A stretch of DNA of 64,000 nt from Stegostoma tigrinum (GCF_030684315.1 NC_081383.1:42288979-42352978); one strand, 5' to 3'; shown: positions 1 to 14,985, counted from the first letter of the stretch. Numbers and translations: made by a program. The notes: generated from the sequence alone by a model not told the origin.

Positions 1-3000
1 TGCCTGTAGGGAAGACAATTGCATTGTCAAAAAACAAAGGACATCTGAACCTTTTGTTTTAAGAGATCAGCAGGGGGCTGGTACTTGTACAGTTTAACTG
101 TTACCAGGAGTTTCATGTCAGTGACAAATTTTAATCACATTCTAAGTTTTTAAAAAGCTGTACCAAGTTGTAAGCTGCTGTGCATTACTGAACAATAGCT
201 ACAATGTTTTTGTGGGACTGCAGTATGTCTCAAGCAGAAGACTGACTTAAATTTTATATTAACAATCAAGTGCATTCTTACCCTAGCCCATTCAGGTTTA
301 ATTTCCTGGACAATCATATGGAAGGAGGACTTCAACTTTTAAAAACCCTAACAAGCCATTAGGTAAACCAGTCAACAGCTAATATGGACTTTGACCCAAC
401 TATTTTCACTTGTGCAGAAGGTCCTCTAAACTCAAATGCTGACAGATGTCTTGAAGGGAAGGAAAGGAGGAATTGGCAGCATAACCTGCAACCCAATTAT
501 GAGCGTTGAGAATTGCAGAGTTTAGAGTCAATCACATTCTAGAACAAGCTTAGCAAAGGCTGAACATATACTTCATATTGCATAGCATTGTAGAAATTCA
601 ACAGGTCTGACAACAATATCAATTCAGGACTCAAGAGATTGTGTTTCCCTTGTTAATGTGCCAGACTCCGGTTTCTTCAGTGGTGTTTGATTAACACTGA
701 GCATGTCACAGTATTTTGCTTTAGGAGGTCTGCAATATGGAAGCAGTGTGATTTTCCACAATCAAATCACTATCTACATTTTACCTCTTCCGCTGCCAGT
801 TTTCAATAACTTGTGGGTAGAAGGAGATGGACCAGGCCACGAAGTAAATCCATCCAATCACTTGGTTTATTATCAGCAGAATATTGCTGTGTACCACTAG
901 AAATCGCATTTTCACTGGAGCCCTGCAAAATAATTCGGACCATCAGACTGGCTGAGGAGAAATTAAGTTACATACAAATTAGTGTAAAAACAGGACCCTC
1001 AAGCATAGGCCTGTTCAACTATTCTAGGAAGCTTCAAATTTAAATCTCAACTTTAGAAGGGATTATGGGAGGGGGAAGAAGTTTGCAGGCAGGTGATATT
1101 TGTAAGTTGTAGTCTGTTGGACCTAGCTGAGAAAATTCATGAAGGTGAGCCATGATATTGATGGACAGTCTTTTAAGCAAAGGGTTAAATAGGTTGGAAC
1201 TCCTCAGTGGAGTTTCGAACACATATCAAAAAGGATTCCAAATACCCTTGTAAGGTAAATACTGAGGTGGTTTCCTTTCTGGGAGAGTCCAGCATCAGGA
1301 TAAGGGGACACCAATAAGACAGACAAAACAAGTATCTACTCAAAAGGGTAGAGGGTCTTGAAACTCCTTGTCCCCTCAGCTTAGAGTCCTTGTGTACATT
1401 TAAGGTTGAGATTCTTAATTAGTACAGAAGGCAAGATAACAGGAAAAATGCAGACAAGTGGACTTGAAGTGTTGGATCAGCCACAGTCCCATTGAATGGG
1501 AAGAGAAGCTGAACTGCCTAATCCTATAGTATTTATACAGTTATCATATTGCACCATTGTGTTAGAGACAAGATTGTTAATTTAGTTATCAAGTCATTGA
1601 ACTTTAATTCTGCTCTTTCCACAGGTGTGCCAGATCTTGAGTCCCTCCAATTTGTTACTTTTCATCTTCCTCTGGAAATACTGACCTACATTTCAAAAGC
1701 TCTTACTACAAAGAAAGACAAGCCTGATTCGTTATGAAGTTTTACATCTAGACATTTTCATAATAAAGAGTAGTTAAAACTTGGGTGCTTCTTAAGCAGA
1801 GCAATGACTGTACTGACAGGCAAGAAATGATTCAAAGTTGCAAGTGTTTAGAGCAACAACCCAGCCTGGAGATGAGTTAGTGTACCTGATCAGTTTGCTG
1901 CTGTTGGTCTGGAGGTGGGCAGTCACCTGGCCAACTTCAACTCCTCGAATGGTGAAACTTGTTGAATTTACATCTTTTGGAACCCTTATCTGAACAGAAA
2001 ATTCCAGTTATTGAGGAGATGATTTAGGAGGGAGCCAAACTCCCAGTCACATTAGACATGCTTTGCAATGAGCTTCAGGTAAAGAATGCTAAAGATTAGG
2101 GTCAGTCCGGCAGTCAGTGTAAAAAAAGTAGGATTTAGGGATTGTATTTTAATCAGGGAGGGGGAGAGAGTGCGAGTATTTTAAGTTATTAGAACAAGAA
2201 TGAACACAGATTGACAAGGACAGCCAATGAGATGGATTCATGAAGGATGTTAGCAACCGGGTTTGGATGAGCAGATGATGGGCTGGTATCCAATACAGAA
2301 TTAAATAGGGGAGCAATGAAGTTTAGCAAGAGAGGGAGGAGCACAAGTTGTCAACTAAAAAGGGCCAGATTGTTAATAAATCATACAAAGATTTAGTATG
2401 GAAATTGTGACAAGGAGTGTGATTAGAGGCCAATTCAATCAACTGGGGAAAACTTTGTTTCTTTGGCAGAGACGTTTTAGCGTAGGGTGCAGATGAAGTA
2501 AAGCTTGGCAGTGATGTTAGTTGCCTTGTCTTTCACAATGAACTCACATTGCTGAAGAGTCACTAGACTCAATTGTTTTTTTTGTGGATGTTGACCCCTG
2601 CTGGGTTTCACCAGTAATTTCAGCTTTTGTTTAAAATCCCAGTGAAACCATGTCTGCAGCACATCCTGCTCCACGGCAGGGAGCCGATGTAACAGAAACA
2701 CTGCACAACATTCGTGCCAAATCTGAGATTTGCCAGTCCCTAACCCCATGTTTCCTACACTACATACCAACAGGCTACAGCAGAAAAAAAGATATGTTTG
2801 ACAAGAGATTGCAGAATATAAAACCAGACCAGGATCATTTTCTGATAAGACAATCTCATGCTTGAGCAGCATGCTAATAAAATAGTCTTATTGAGTCACC
2901 AGCTTCAGAATCTGTGCTTCCTGACACTAAATACTCAAACTTTTGTTGGAGACAATTGGCCTAAAGAGTCACTATTGACCAGCACAGCTATATTTATTGT

Positions 3001-4508
3001 ATAACTGAAGAGCTGGCCAGCTGTAAATATTGTGGCCTTCTCTAGTTAGAACAGCTAGCTTCAGGTTTGGTCAGTCGAGTACCTATGTCATAAAAAAGGT
3101 AATCAGTTACTTGTGACATGTTACACTACAGATTGCATCATCAGTTGTCACTCAAGTAAATTGAACCAGGTGCCTTGGTCAATGAAGCATTCATCACCTG
3201 CTATTACCAGTGTTTGCATTGGTAGTGAGGGCTTAGTGCTACCCAAAAGCACCAAGTAGAACCCAATGGAAGATCTTAGCCTATGGAATGGCTAGAACAG
3301 GAGGTGTTCCCATGAGTTTCCCCACCATCTTGTTCTGCCTTTTTGTAAAGAGCAGCCCTGACCAGCCCCAAAGAGATGCCAGTCTGATTTCTTTTCTTTA
3401 GCTAACAGCACCTTGCCTTTACATCTGATAGTCCTTCTGCTTAGAAATCAGCTACAAATTACATTTCAGTGATATGTAAATGAAACTCAGGCAACCAGTT
3501 TGAGAAACATGACTAGATCACTCACCAGCTGCAAAGAGGAGATATTGTGGGCACATGGTTGTGAACAGTCCCAACATACCCTGTTTTATGCAGATGGAAC
3601 ATGATTATCTGCAGAGTCTCCAGCCAAAAGTTCAAGATTTGGTCCAACATTTCCCAGGGTTGGGGGGGGGGGGGTAGCAGTGGTGGTGGTGAATTATTTC
3701 CTTTGTAGGCATTGTGATTCAGTGTGGAAGTGGGCCATTTGTCTAATCAAGTCCATGCCATCCAGACACCACTGCCATCCCTGCACCCCCAAACCGTGTC
3801 CTGGTAATCCTGCATTTCCCTAGAGCTAAGCCACCTAGCCTACACACTATGGACAATTTAGCCTGGCCTGTCCACCTAGCTTGCCTATCTCTGTCCATGT
3901 AGGTTTCTTCCTAGTCCACAGAGAAACTCCAGACAGATGCCCAGGGGTGGACTTGAACCCAGGTTCTTAGTGCCATGAGGCATCAGTGCTAACCACCATG
4001 CAACCCTTTTGTCACCACATTTTTGCACTGAATATTTTTACTTACTTGCTCAGGTAGTTGAACAATACAAGTTTGTTTTGATGAGAAGCTCACATTGAAT
4101 GTAATGATTATAGTCTCCTGCAAGGGTGCACTGGGAGAGATGAACAAAAACCAAACCATTGTTACTAGGAACCATACCATATGGTTGTGAAAATAGCCAG
4201 TTTTTTTAAAACTAAGAACACTTGCTCCCAAGTGCTTTAGGACTGCAAGTGGCACTTTAGCAGGACCTACCTCAAAGCAATATCAACATCCTTCACACTG
4301 TTGATTTCTAGGCTCACCACCTCTGGCACACTCAGCTTCACAGAGGCTTCTGTGGAAGCAATGTGACAACAATCATTCATATGTAGCCCATTACACAAAG
4401 CACTGTGGAAACTCAAAGGCTACTTAGAGTTCCTTCCAAACCAACCAGCTGGTGGACAGGCCAGACCCTTTCCCGTAACTATTCTTGTTGGAACTACACA
4501 TTGTATCA

Positions 4509-5075
4509 AAAGAACAAAGAATTACAGCACAGGAACAGGCCCTTTGGCCATCCAAGCCTGTGCTGATCCAGATCCTCCAAACCTGTTGCCTATTTAAGGA
4601 TCTGTACTCGTCTGCTCCCTGCCCATTCATGGATCTGTCTACATGCATCTTAAGGCACACTATCATGCCCACCTCTACTGGCAACACATTCTAGACACCC
4701 ACAATCCTTTGTAGGAAGAGCTTCCGCATATCTCCCTTAACCTCCATCCCACCCACCTTGAAATTGTAATCCTAGTAATTGAGTCACCCACTCTTGGCCG
4801 GGGGGTGGGGTGTGGAGAGCAGGCTTTTTCTATCCACTGTCTATACTCAGCATGATTTTGAAGCCCTCAGTCTGCCACACCTCCCACCCTCCCGGCCCAC
4901 CCAGCTATGTCTAAGACAAATAATCCTAATCTAATCTACTCAACATCTCTTCATAGAGAGTGTCCTCGATACCAGGCAACATCCTGATGAATCTCCTCCA
5001 CACCCTCTCCAAAGCTTCCACATCCTTTTGTTAATGTGACAACCAGAACTGTACACTATTCCAAATGTGGTTGAG
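4509..5075 (-). mobile_element. CR1-like LINE 3' fragment
   Basis: Reverse complement of the same RT C-terminus and 3' tail. Confidence 0.7.
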
Positions 5076-6199
5076 CCAGTCCTATACAGTTCCAATATAG
5101 AGCTTGAATGTATTTCCAGTTGAGAAATAGTGTTTGAATTTGGTCAAGATGTTGAGGGAGAGTCTTCAGTTTTGTTCTATTTATTCTAAGGCTAGATTCT
5201 CACTGGGACAGTATCCCCAGTTAGACATACTCACTGAGGTCAAAGTGGAGTTGGGACCTTGCCTACATTCGGGGCCCTTTTTAAAAAATGGGCTTCATGG
5301 ATTTTTGTAATCTGACTCATACTAGATTTGTCACATGTAGTCATGCATGCAGTGAAAATTGTAAAGTCACCATTTACAGCACTGCCTTGGATACAAGAGT
5401 ACTAGGTACAGCTCAAGTACAAGTATTAGCAAAGAGGCCAGCATTACAGATCACAAGATTAAATTAGAAGAAATAAGTTCAGAATTGCATTCCTTTCACT
5501 CCAGCCCACAGCATGAGTGGAGTTTGAGTGTTCAGGACATTAGGAAAGAATAAAAATTCAAGGAAACAAAAAGGTTGCAGTGGGCAAGCACCAGTTGAGG
5601 AGTTCTACTGCACTGCTATCTCGGAGTAGGCAAAATACCTATTTAGTCAGAATCTACAATTTAAAAAAAATTGAAAAAAAGAGGTAAAGTTGCCCCTAGT
5701 CCTAGCAGACCACAGGTCTGCTCATTAATGGTTGCCATACCTCAGGTAAAAGGGTGGCACTGAGGAAGAGGGGCCTTCCTGAAAAAGTTAGCTAGTGCAG
5801 TAATTGAACCCCTGCTATTGGATCACTATTACATCTCACTGTCCAGCCATCCAAGCTAACTGATAGCCCCCACTCAAGTACTAAACAACACTAGAGTATC
5901 AAAGTGACATTGTTGTTTGTTTCCAAGGTCAGCCTCTACCACTGAAAGCAAAAAAAAAGTGTTCCTTGTCCCATGTCGGAGTCTGTTTCTATGCTAACAG
6001 AGTATAGATACTGAAGCACTTGAGCCAGATGGCAAACACTTGCCTTTTCAGCCAGTAGTCGGCATATCCCCATTGTCAGGTGATAACAGCATGGAACTGG
6101 AGGAAAATAGCAGGAACGTTGATTATTTTAGTCAGGAGTTGGTTTTGTAGGGGCACCTATGCTCTAGTCGTGACAAACACCACCTTCCGGCCACAAGCC

Positions 6200-6560
6200 A
6201 TTTTGACTGCCCCCTCCCACTCCCTGGGTGGGATGTCCATCCTGGGCCACCTCCAGTGTCACAACACCATTTCAGGAGCCTACAGCCTGATGGCCTTAAC
6301 TCATTTCAAGAGCTCCCCACCCCCAGCCTCATCCCAGATCCAACCGTCCCTCTCATCCCCACCTCCTTGACCTGGCTTTTTGATCTTCTCTCCCACCTTA
6401 CTGACCAATCCTGACTACTGCCTACATGCACTCACTCACCACCCCACACACCTTCCCAGCCCCAACCCTCCTGTCCCCTCCATTTCTGAAGGGTCCCAAC
6501 CCAAAAGTGTTAGCTTTCCTGCTACCCCAGCTCCATACTTCTGACCATCCGATAGCCCCT
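6200..6560 (+). mobile_element. Decayed Penelope 3' fragment
   Basis: MSILGHLQCHN matches MSIMSLLQCHN of the 60865 ORF; C-rich tail follows. Confidence 0.65.
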
Positions 6561-9500
6561 TCATTCTGAATGAGAGAAAGATCAGCTTTGTCAATACAAA
6601 AAAGTAACCCTATTTCTGTATGTATGCAATGTTCCATGAAACAATCTGAAAAATATTTACAACAGGTTTGTGGACAAGTTTCCAGAGGTTCAAATAAATG
6701 CAAACTGCATTGTCAGTTAGACTAATAAAAGCAAAAGATGGAATGGGACATACAAAAATTGTAGTTTAGTTTAAAGAGGAGAGACACCTTAATAGCTTTG
6801 TCAGTGATAAACAGCATCACTAGGGGCCAGGGCAATTTCACAGCCATTGGGTTTAATCTTGAAAACTTACCACATTGTAGCAAGTTGATCAGGCTGTAAG
6901 AGAGAGTCAAAAGGAATACCAGGAGCCTCATACTGCCAATTTTCAACCTATAGCAAAAGGAGAGGTGTTAGTGGAGATGAACTTCCCCAACTAAATCGAT
7001 ACCTAGCAAGAGATGTGACCAAAGGCTTGGCTGTATACATTGGAGTGGATTAGATTAACAGATCATGCACAGTCAATGTTACAAATTTCATACAACCAAA
7101 TAATAATTCAACCATTTGCTGAACGTCAGCTTTTGTGCTCCCAAGGCACTGCTTGGCCTGCTGTGTTCATCAGCTCCACTCTTATAATCAGATTCTCCAT
7201 CATCTGCAGTTCTCATTATCTTTAATTGGAGAAAGTGTTTTCAGTGCTAAGTGAGAAGATGATAAAATATCACTTCTAAACATTAGAAACAAGTTATGCT
7301 ATCAAATTTTGAAAGTATGATGATGGAACATTATGGCAGTTAGATTAAATGATACTAATATTGACTGGATTGTAGGCCAGGATTCTTTTGTTCTGTTAGC
7401 TTTATCCTGGCTTTGATCCTGTGTGCTTCTTGACAGGAATTTCACTGGTTTACCTGGCTTTTTGCCAGGAGTGAGCAACAGTTGGTCTTGATCTGCAGCA
7501 CAAGATTGTTTACTTGCTGTTACTTTTCAGTGCATGCCAACTTAGTCACCAATGACAACAAAGTGCTGACTTTTAGGGCATAATTCCCCAGAGGTTTTTG
7601 CTGAGAAGTGCTGTCTGTTTTTTGTCTTCATTGCTTCCTGTTCATCTGTATTTTTCTGTTTGCAGGAGGAAAAAATCCAAGCCCTGAGACACCATGGACC
7701 AGTTACAGTTCCAGGACAAAATAAACGTGGCCTGGCTACTATTGTCCAACTTACTGCTGTCAGCTGGGCAGACCAACTGGTTAAATTTGGCTCCAGTGCC
7801 TTTAGACTGCAACACATCAAGGGAATGGGCCCTTCCTGAAGAGGCATTGTTGCACAGACCCATGGGGGTTTGGGAAAAGTGAGTAAAGACAGAGACAAAC
7901 CCTCCTCACCCAGGAGGTTAGTAAAAAATGGGACACCCCAAATGGCTACATAGCAAGTGGTATCCTCATCTAATGAGGATCAGTGCTGCTTTATAGGCTT
8001 GAGCCCAGTTTTGACAGAAGTCTTCTTCCTTGGCCTATACAATAGGATCTATGTACAGCAAAGCTTCAAGTCAATGCCACCTAAGATTGAGCATGTTACA
8101 TTGCTGGAGGACAAACTAATGGCTGGCGTTGTTTTTTCATACTGGAGTGACACTTTATCATGATCCAGCATTATCCTGTATCATACTTTGAACATCTGGG
8201 AGTGGGTGGAAACTTAACCTCCACTTACAAGCTCAGTCAGCAAGTAGCTCTTCATGATTAAGTGAGAATTTGAGATGAATCAACCTAGACTGGATTGGCC
8301 AGGGGTATTTTGTTGCAGCATTCTTTTCCAAATTGAGACAATTGGATCCCCAAAATCTCTAACTGTATCCAGATTAAGAAACTGAACTAGAACTATCACA
8401 ACAGCTGTAGAAAACTAGTGGGGTTTAAACCTGGGCCTTCTGGCCCTGAGGTAGGAAAATCCCATGAGGTTCTCATGACCTAGTACAACCTAGATCCAAA
8501 CAGCCCATTTATGTTTGCTTCTCAAATCACCAGAGTTCAGGCACCATTGCCATTCTTACCTAATGCTACCATCAGTGCACCTTTGTGGCTCTGCTGAGGT
8601 AAAAGTAGGTTTTTGAAGAGCTGCTCACAAGATACTATCTTCATTTTGGCCACTGTCAATTGGCAAGTTACTGTTTACATGGACCAGGCGTTTACAATCC
8701 TCCCACTAAAGCAGATCAATTATTCACGTTTGGGCATAAAGAGTTACACAGTGGCTCTTTGCAAAGTCCTTTTAAAAACCTAAAAGATCAAATCTCAGCC
8801 ACATTCTGAGTTAAGTGTGAGCCAGTGCCACCTCAACCTTGGCTGATTGAGGAAGGTGGTTTAATGTTCTTTTTGTAAAAGGGGTAAGATATTAACTGGG
8901 ACATGACCTTCCAGCTGCAGTCAGGCTAACTGAATGGTAGTGTGAGTAAAGAGAATGTTTGGGCATGTGGTGCCACTCAAGTGGGCTGCTTTGTCCTGGA
9001 TGGTGTCAAGCTTCTCAGAGCTGCAGCCATTCAGGGAACTAGAGTGTATTCCTCACACTGCTAATGCATTCCTTGTCAGTGGATGGTCAGGCTTTAGGGC
9101 AAAGTCAGGTAGAGAGTTATTCACCAAGATCTCTAGCCTGATCTGATCTTGTCTCAACTGTAGTTAGTCCAGTTTCTGGAAAATGGCAACATCTAGGATG
9201 CTGTGACTGGTGATTCCAATTTAATAGTGAATAGGAGGAGCAATAGTTAGAATTATTTGCTGGCAGCAGTGATTAACTGCCATTCGTGTTCATTTCCATT
9301 CATCACTCCCAGTGTGGATCATTCAGGTCTACCTGTGAGGCAACTGCTGATTGCTTCAGTATCTGAGACATCATGAATATACAATTACTCCCATTTCCAA
9401 TCTCAGAGGGATGGCTTTTTAGAGAAGTTGGTTGGATCTCAGACACTTTACTTCTGGACCAGGACTGGCAGGTCCAAGTCCTAACAGCTGACTGGATTGA

Positions 9501-11931
9501 TTTGAAAGTGTACCAATCTGTCAGATGTTACCAACACATACTTCCAGTTCTATGGAAGGACTTTCAGACAGTTCCCTGCCAGAGATACAACTATAATAGA
9601 GCATGTAGTGAGGAGAACTAATGGCATTAGATGACCAGCCCAGCATTCTGTATTAACTTCCTAAGGTGCATAGATTCAAATCCCAGAGTGGCAGGTGAAA
9701 TTTTCCTTTCACTTAGAGGCTCTTGTGCCACAATGGAGGAGTACCTACCTCTGGACTAGGAGTCCCAAGTTCAGACATGAGTAGTAATAGCTGAACAGGT
9801 TGATTAAAACCCCCATCTTGAGAAACTCCAGCAGCATTGTTCTTGTGCAGGAGGGCTGGTCTGAAATAACTGCAATCAGGCTGTGTGCTAGGCATGACTT
9901 CAGCTATTGAAAAACTTCCCTCCAGTTCCCAGTGACACCAGTTTCTTGATACCATTCCTGTCCCAATATTTGAACCAAAGCTGTAAGGAGATTAGGAGCT
10001 GAATGGCTCTGGTGGAACCTAAACTGCACGCTGATCAGGTGCTGCTTGATGCTTTGTTGAGGACATTCCATCACTACTGATGATTGAGTAGACGGGGTTG
10101 GATTCATTGTTTTGTGTACAGAGGACATACCTGGGTAATTTCCACATTTCTGGGTAGACGCCAGTGTTCTAACTGCACTGGAACAGAATACTCAGTCTAG
10201 GTGAGAGTTTTAAGTTGTGCCGAGCCTCGGTTTACTCAACAATCTAATTAAAATCCAAGTATCACACACCTTGATCAGGTCATCCATTAAAACCTGTGGC
10301 CAAAGGGACTTGAAGCCTCAACAATGCAACTTGTTCTCAATTAAACTCAGGAAGCACATTCCATACAGTGAATCAGCACTGCTCCTTTAAAGTCAGTACA
10401 TTCTCTTCCAGGGAGCTAAGAAGAGGCATTATCACCTCAGTGGGGATTCAAATAACTTCCATCCTTTGGATTTGGTTTTCCTCTAATCTAAGAGGAAAAT
10501 GTCATTAGCCACTTCCATTTTGTAGCAATAGTTTAGTGACTTATTGAAAACCAAGTCACCTCTAAAGAAAACTGATCTTTCTACATAAGCTCCAAAAACC
10601 TTTGTACCATGAAGCACCAGGCCCAACAGCATGCAGGTCCAAAATCTACTGCAGCTGCAGAAGCTCAACACAGACCAGTTAGACCTAAAGATTAACAGAT
10701 TACTATTTAGCATCAAGATTTAAGGCATGTCATGAAGTAGAATTTACCACCACATGTGGAAAATCAGACCAAAAAGGTAAGTCAGAGCACCACAAAAGGA
10801 GCATTTTGAAGGCTTAGAATTAGAAAGGCTTAAGCAGTGAAGATTTTTTTATTCCTGCCAAGATAAAGCAGTGAGTAGAGGTAATGGGGATTGTAGGAGG
10901 TCAAAGATAAGGGGAGGCAGGGGACAATGCCACTCAACTTCCATTGCCAGAAAAGGGACAGTCAGACCAAGGAACTGATTTTATGGCAGGAACCTACAGT
11001 TGGCTCAATCTGTAGTATAGGATTCTGATCAGGTCATTGTTGGAATACATACCAGCCTCTGAAGACAACTCAGGACAAGTTGTATTGAGGTAGAGCAGGA
11101 AGTCATTTACACATTTAGAAATTTCTAGCAATACCAGATTTTTCTTTAAAAAGGAGGCCTCAAGAGGGGAAAGCATTTTGTAATTGTCCTGAAGACACTC
11201 AATGGACTTCCAAAACAGCCAATAGCTAGGGATCTAATTCCTCAATGGCTCAAAAACACTTAATATGCAACCAGTACTGAAAAAAGTAAAAGCAGAAGTA
11301 GGGCTTTTAGCAATCCCCTTTCAGCATTACAGCTATGTCCCTACCCCTGGGCCAGAGGCCTACATTCAAGTGCCATCTGCTCAAGAGGCATGGAATACCA
11401 TCTGAACAGGTCAGTTAGAAAGAGGAAAAAACCCCAATCTAAACATTTCAGAGAATCAGCATGAATCCAAACTGGCCAGAGGTGTTATTACACAACTCTG
11501 GAACAAAGCAGGACTTGAACCCAGGCCTCATGTCAAATATTAGGACATAGTTAACACCTGGCACTAACTCAGGTTAAATAGCAAGGAAATTAATCAATCA
11601 ATCTTCTCACTAGCCATTGGCTTCAATGGAAGAAAGAATCAAGTTCAATAACTATTCCCCATATAGCCACAAGTCACAGTTTTAAAAAACTGAGCACTTG
11701 CCAATTCATTCAAAAAAAAAAGAGAACTTATCAAGCCACAGACTACAAAGAACAAGCAGAGAAGTAAGAGAAATAAAAAAAACTTTTCAAATGGGATTAA
11801 AGGACTGCAAACACCCAAGAACATGGGGTTAAAGAAGGGCAGTACATCAAAGAGTAAGTAAATAGCCTCTGAAACAGTCTACAAACTATTGACACACAGA
11901 GGAATATACTATGGGGAAAAACTCTCAATTT

Positions 11932-12021
11932 GGGGGAGGGGGAGGGGGAGGGGGAGGGGGAGGGGGAGGGGGAGGGGGAGGGGGAGGGGGAGGGGGAGGG
12001 GGAGGGGGAGGGGGAGGGGGA
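11932..12021. repeat. (GGGGGA)15 perfect microsatellite
   Basis: Direct reading. Confidence 0.97.
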
Positions 12022-13232
12022 GTAAGAAAACCAGCACCAGCCAAAACCAATCTCTCCAAAAACACATGACAAACCCACCTGATCAAGCCAGTAATCTCCA
12101 GATCCCTATTGGTTCAGCTTTTATATCAACTTACTTAATGAAGCCCACAGGCTCCTCCCGTAGGCGGAGACAGGAAGGTTGCCTTCCAATGGGATTGTTT
12201 GGATTTTCATTGCCTAAGTGGTGGAGGTAAGAGACACTGATGGGGTGGCGGCAGCTGGGGAGTGGGATAGTAAATCTCAATGGGTGAGTGACCAAAGTGA
12301 GAGTGATAGGGATACAGTGATAGTTCCTGGATCCAACTCTGCTTGAACACAAACTCAACATCGTGCCAGTGGTAGGTGACAAATAGTTGAGGATTATTTG
12401 TGTATGGGAGAGTGGACCAATTCACCCAGGAAAAGCTCACTGTCTCCACCCAGCACCACAGGAGTCAATTTCATGAGTCGGTCACTAAATGTATTCCCTT
12501 TGGGATATGGGTGAACCCACAATGCAGTTTGGTATCCCTGGGAAAGTAGTGGTGAAACAAAGTTTGAACTAGCTGAACACCCCATGAAGAAAACCAATCA
12601 GCAGATGGATCAAAGGAGATCCCAGATTTTTAAGAGAAGCCCAGCAGCATTCTCCTCCTCCCATTCCCCTCAGATGAAAGTGATCAGTGTGAATCACATG
12701 TTTTGAAGGTATAGCCCCACAGTGTTGGCAGAGATCTGGGACCTTGACCAGCAACAATTTATTATGATAATTGTGCGAGGTGGAATGATGGTGATAAATT
12801 TGGGAGTTTTTAACTCACCTCCCTCCATGTGGATTGTGACCTGTTTGGATCTGGTCCTCAGGCCATTAAGTTCAGGATGGTTGTAGAATGACTGAAGCCA
12901 TCACCTTTTGTCCTGATCATGATCTCTACTGCCCCTCCAGCAGCAATGTTTTTTCAATCCATATCCACCTTTTCAGTCTGGACCGTGTCCATTGCTTTGT
13001 ATCCTGCTTGGCCCTGAGCTGAGTTGTCAACCCAATGGACTCTATCATAAGTCACACCATTTATCTAACCAAACACATCTACTCCTCAAATGCTTCATTT
13101 GAACCAAAAACTCCAGTCTCACATACTCTAACCTGTCCAGCCTCTTATTCTTCACCCTCTATAAGCTGGGATAAAAATCTATTTAATTTTCTATGTCCAC
13201 GCACGCTGCAGAAGCTCACAGCCTGGAGAGAT

Positions 13233-14141
13233 TGTAACATTCAAGGTACACAATGGTTGCTGTGTTTGATTTTTACCGAGAAGTGGGGACAGAACCATGT
13301 CAGAGTATTTGAGTAGGTCAGTCAGATATTTTGAAGGGTCAGTGAACAGCAGGCAGCGTCAACCAGTTTTGGAAAGTCAGAAAGCAACAACTGAAGATGT
13401 TTGCCATCTCATGGTGCTGCTAGCCATCTCCATTCAGCTGGAACCCAGTCAGCTCTGGAGGGCTGGGGGCTCAGTGGACCTCCTGGACAGTTGGAATTGT
13501 GATAGTGACTAGACGCTGGAGTGCAGTCATATGAAGCCCACAGGGATACTGGCTCAGAGAAGAGTTGGGAGGTGAGCAATAGTTACCTGCTGTGTGGCTG
13601 AAGAGCTGGGGAATCGTGTTTAGACACTGGAGTTCAGTTTGGTCATAACAGGGTGAAGAAGTTTCAGTGGTTGGTCGGCTCAGCTAGGAAAGAGGACAAA
13701 GAAGATTTGTTCTGGGAGCAAATATTAGAGAGATTTAGAATTATGTGCCTTTTGATGAGAATCAGCTCTACTCCAGTGGAGCTAAGAGTTAGGACTTAGT
13801 CCAGCTCTGAATGAGAGAGGCTGAGCTTTCTCATGAAGGAGAAAGAGGTTTTAAAGAATTTTTGTGACTCCAGGTAGTCACTTTCACCTCAGGAGTTGCA
13901 GACTAATCTGAAATCTGATTTAATGCCTCTCCTTAAGTGAGATTTGTCTGTTAACCCATGTTTACCTCTTGTTAACTCTAGTCAAATTTACTTGGTTTTC
14001 AGAAAAGCTATGAAATCCTGAGGCTTTATTCGCTTAGTAAGTACTTAGGATTTCAAACTTCCTCTATTTTAAACAAAAAGAGTAACTGATCTTTCACCAG
14101 ATTCTAAAATAAATTTGGTGGGATCATCCAGAATCGTAAGA
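13233..14141 (+). mobile_element. Possible solo LTR
   Basis: Starts tgtaaca and ends cgtaaga (degenerate TG..CA), with AATAAA near the end. No TSD found. Confidence 0.25.
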
Positions 14142-14439
14142 AAGCTCCAATCCATTGCTTATGTCCATTTCTCACCAAGTCCAACTTACTCAAGACAACA
14201 AAGTGTGGAGCTGGATGAACACAGCAGGCCAAGCAGCATCTCAGGAGCACAAAAGCTGACATTTCAGGCCTAGACCCTTCATCAGAGAACTTCATCAACT
14301 TACTCATTGCTGATTTACATTGACTCCTGATCCCTCAGCTTTAAATGTGGTCTTAATTGATTATACAGTGGTACTATTACTTCATGAAGGAAAGTATTGA
14401 TTTCAGGAGGAGGATTATTGATCAAGGGTAAGATTAATC

Positions 14440-14985
14440 CTTTAGAATATTGCGTACAGTTCTGGTCATGGCATTACAGGACGGACGTGGAGGCTTTGAA
14501 GAGGGTGCAAAAGTGGTTTACCAGGATGCTGCCTGGATTAAGGGATATGAGCTACAAGGAGAGGCTGGAAAAACTCGGGTTGTCTTCTCTGGAGCGGTGG
14601 GGGCTGAGGGGAGACTTGGCAGAAGGCTATAAAAGTGTGACATGCCTAGATAGGGTTGATAGTCAGAATCTTTTCCCCAGAGTTGAAATGTCTAATAATA
14701 GGAGACACGCATTTAAGGTCAGAGGGGGAAAGTTCAATAGAGATGTGAGGGGCAAGTTTTTTTTATACAGAGAGAGGTAGGAGTCTGGAACATGCTGCCA
14801 GGAGAGGTGGTGAAGGCTGATAAAATTGGGGTGTTTAAAAGACTTTTAGATAAGCACAGGGATATGCAAGGAATGGACAGATATGGGCCTAGCGCAGGAA
14901 GAAGGGATTAGTTTAAATTGGCGTCATGTTTGGCACAACTTTGTGGGTCAGAGCGTCCTTTCCTGTCTGTACTGTTCCATTTTCA
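14440..14985 (+). mobile_element. CR1/HER1-like LINE 3' fragment
   Basis: LEYCVQFW...VQKWFTRMLPGL..MSY.ERL..LGL.SLE...LRGDL. Confidence 0.85.

Noticed and set aside
2477-2872. 131-aa and 71-aa overlapping ORFs in apparently unique DNA
   Set aside because: No recognisable domain and no convincing splice-site pairing.
11797-12230. ORFs with (GR)n and (PS)n dipeptide runs
   Set aside because: Translation of the (GGGGGA)15 microsatellite; no other coding signal.
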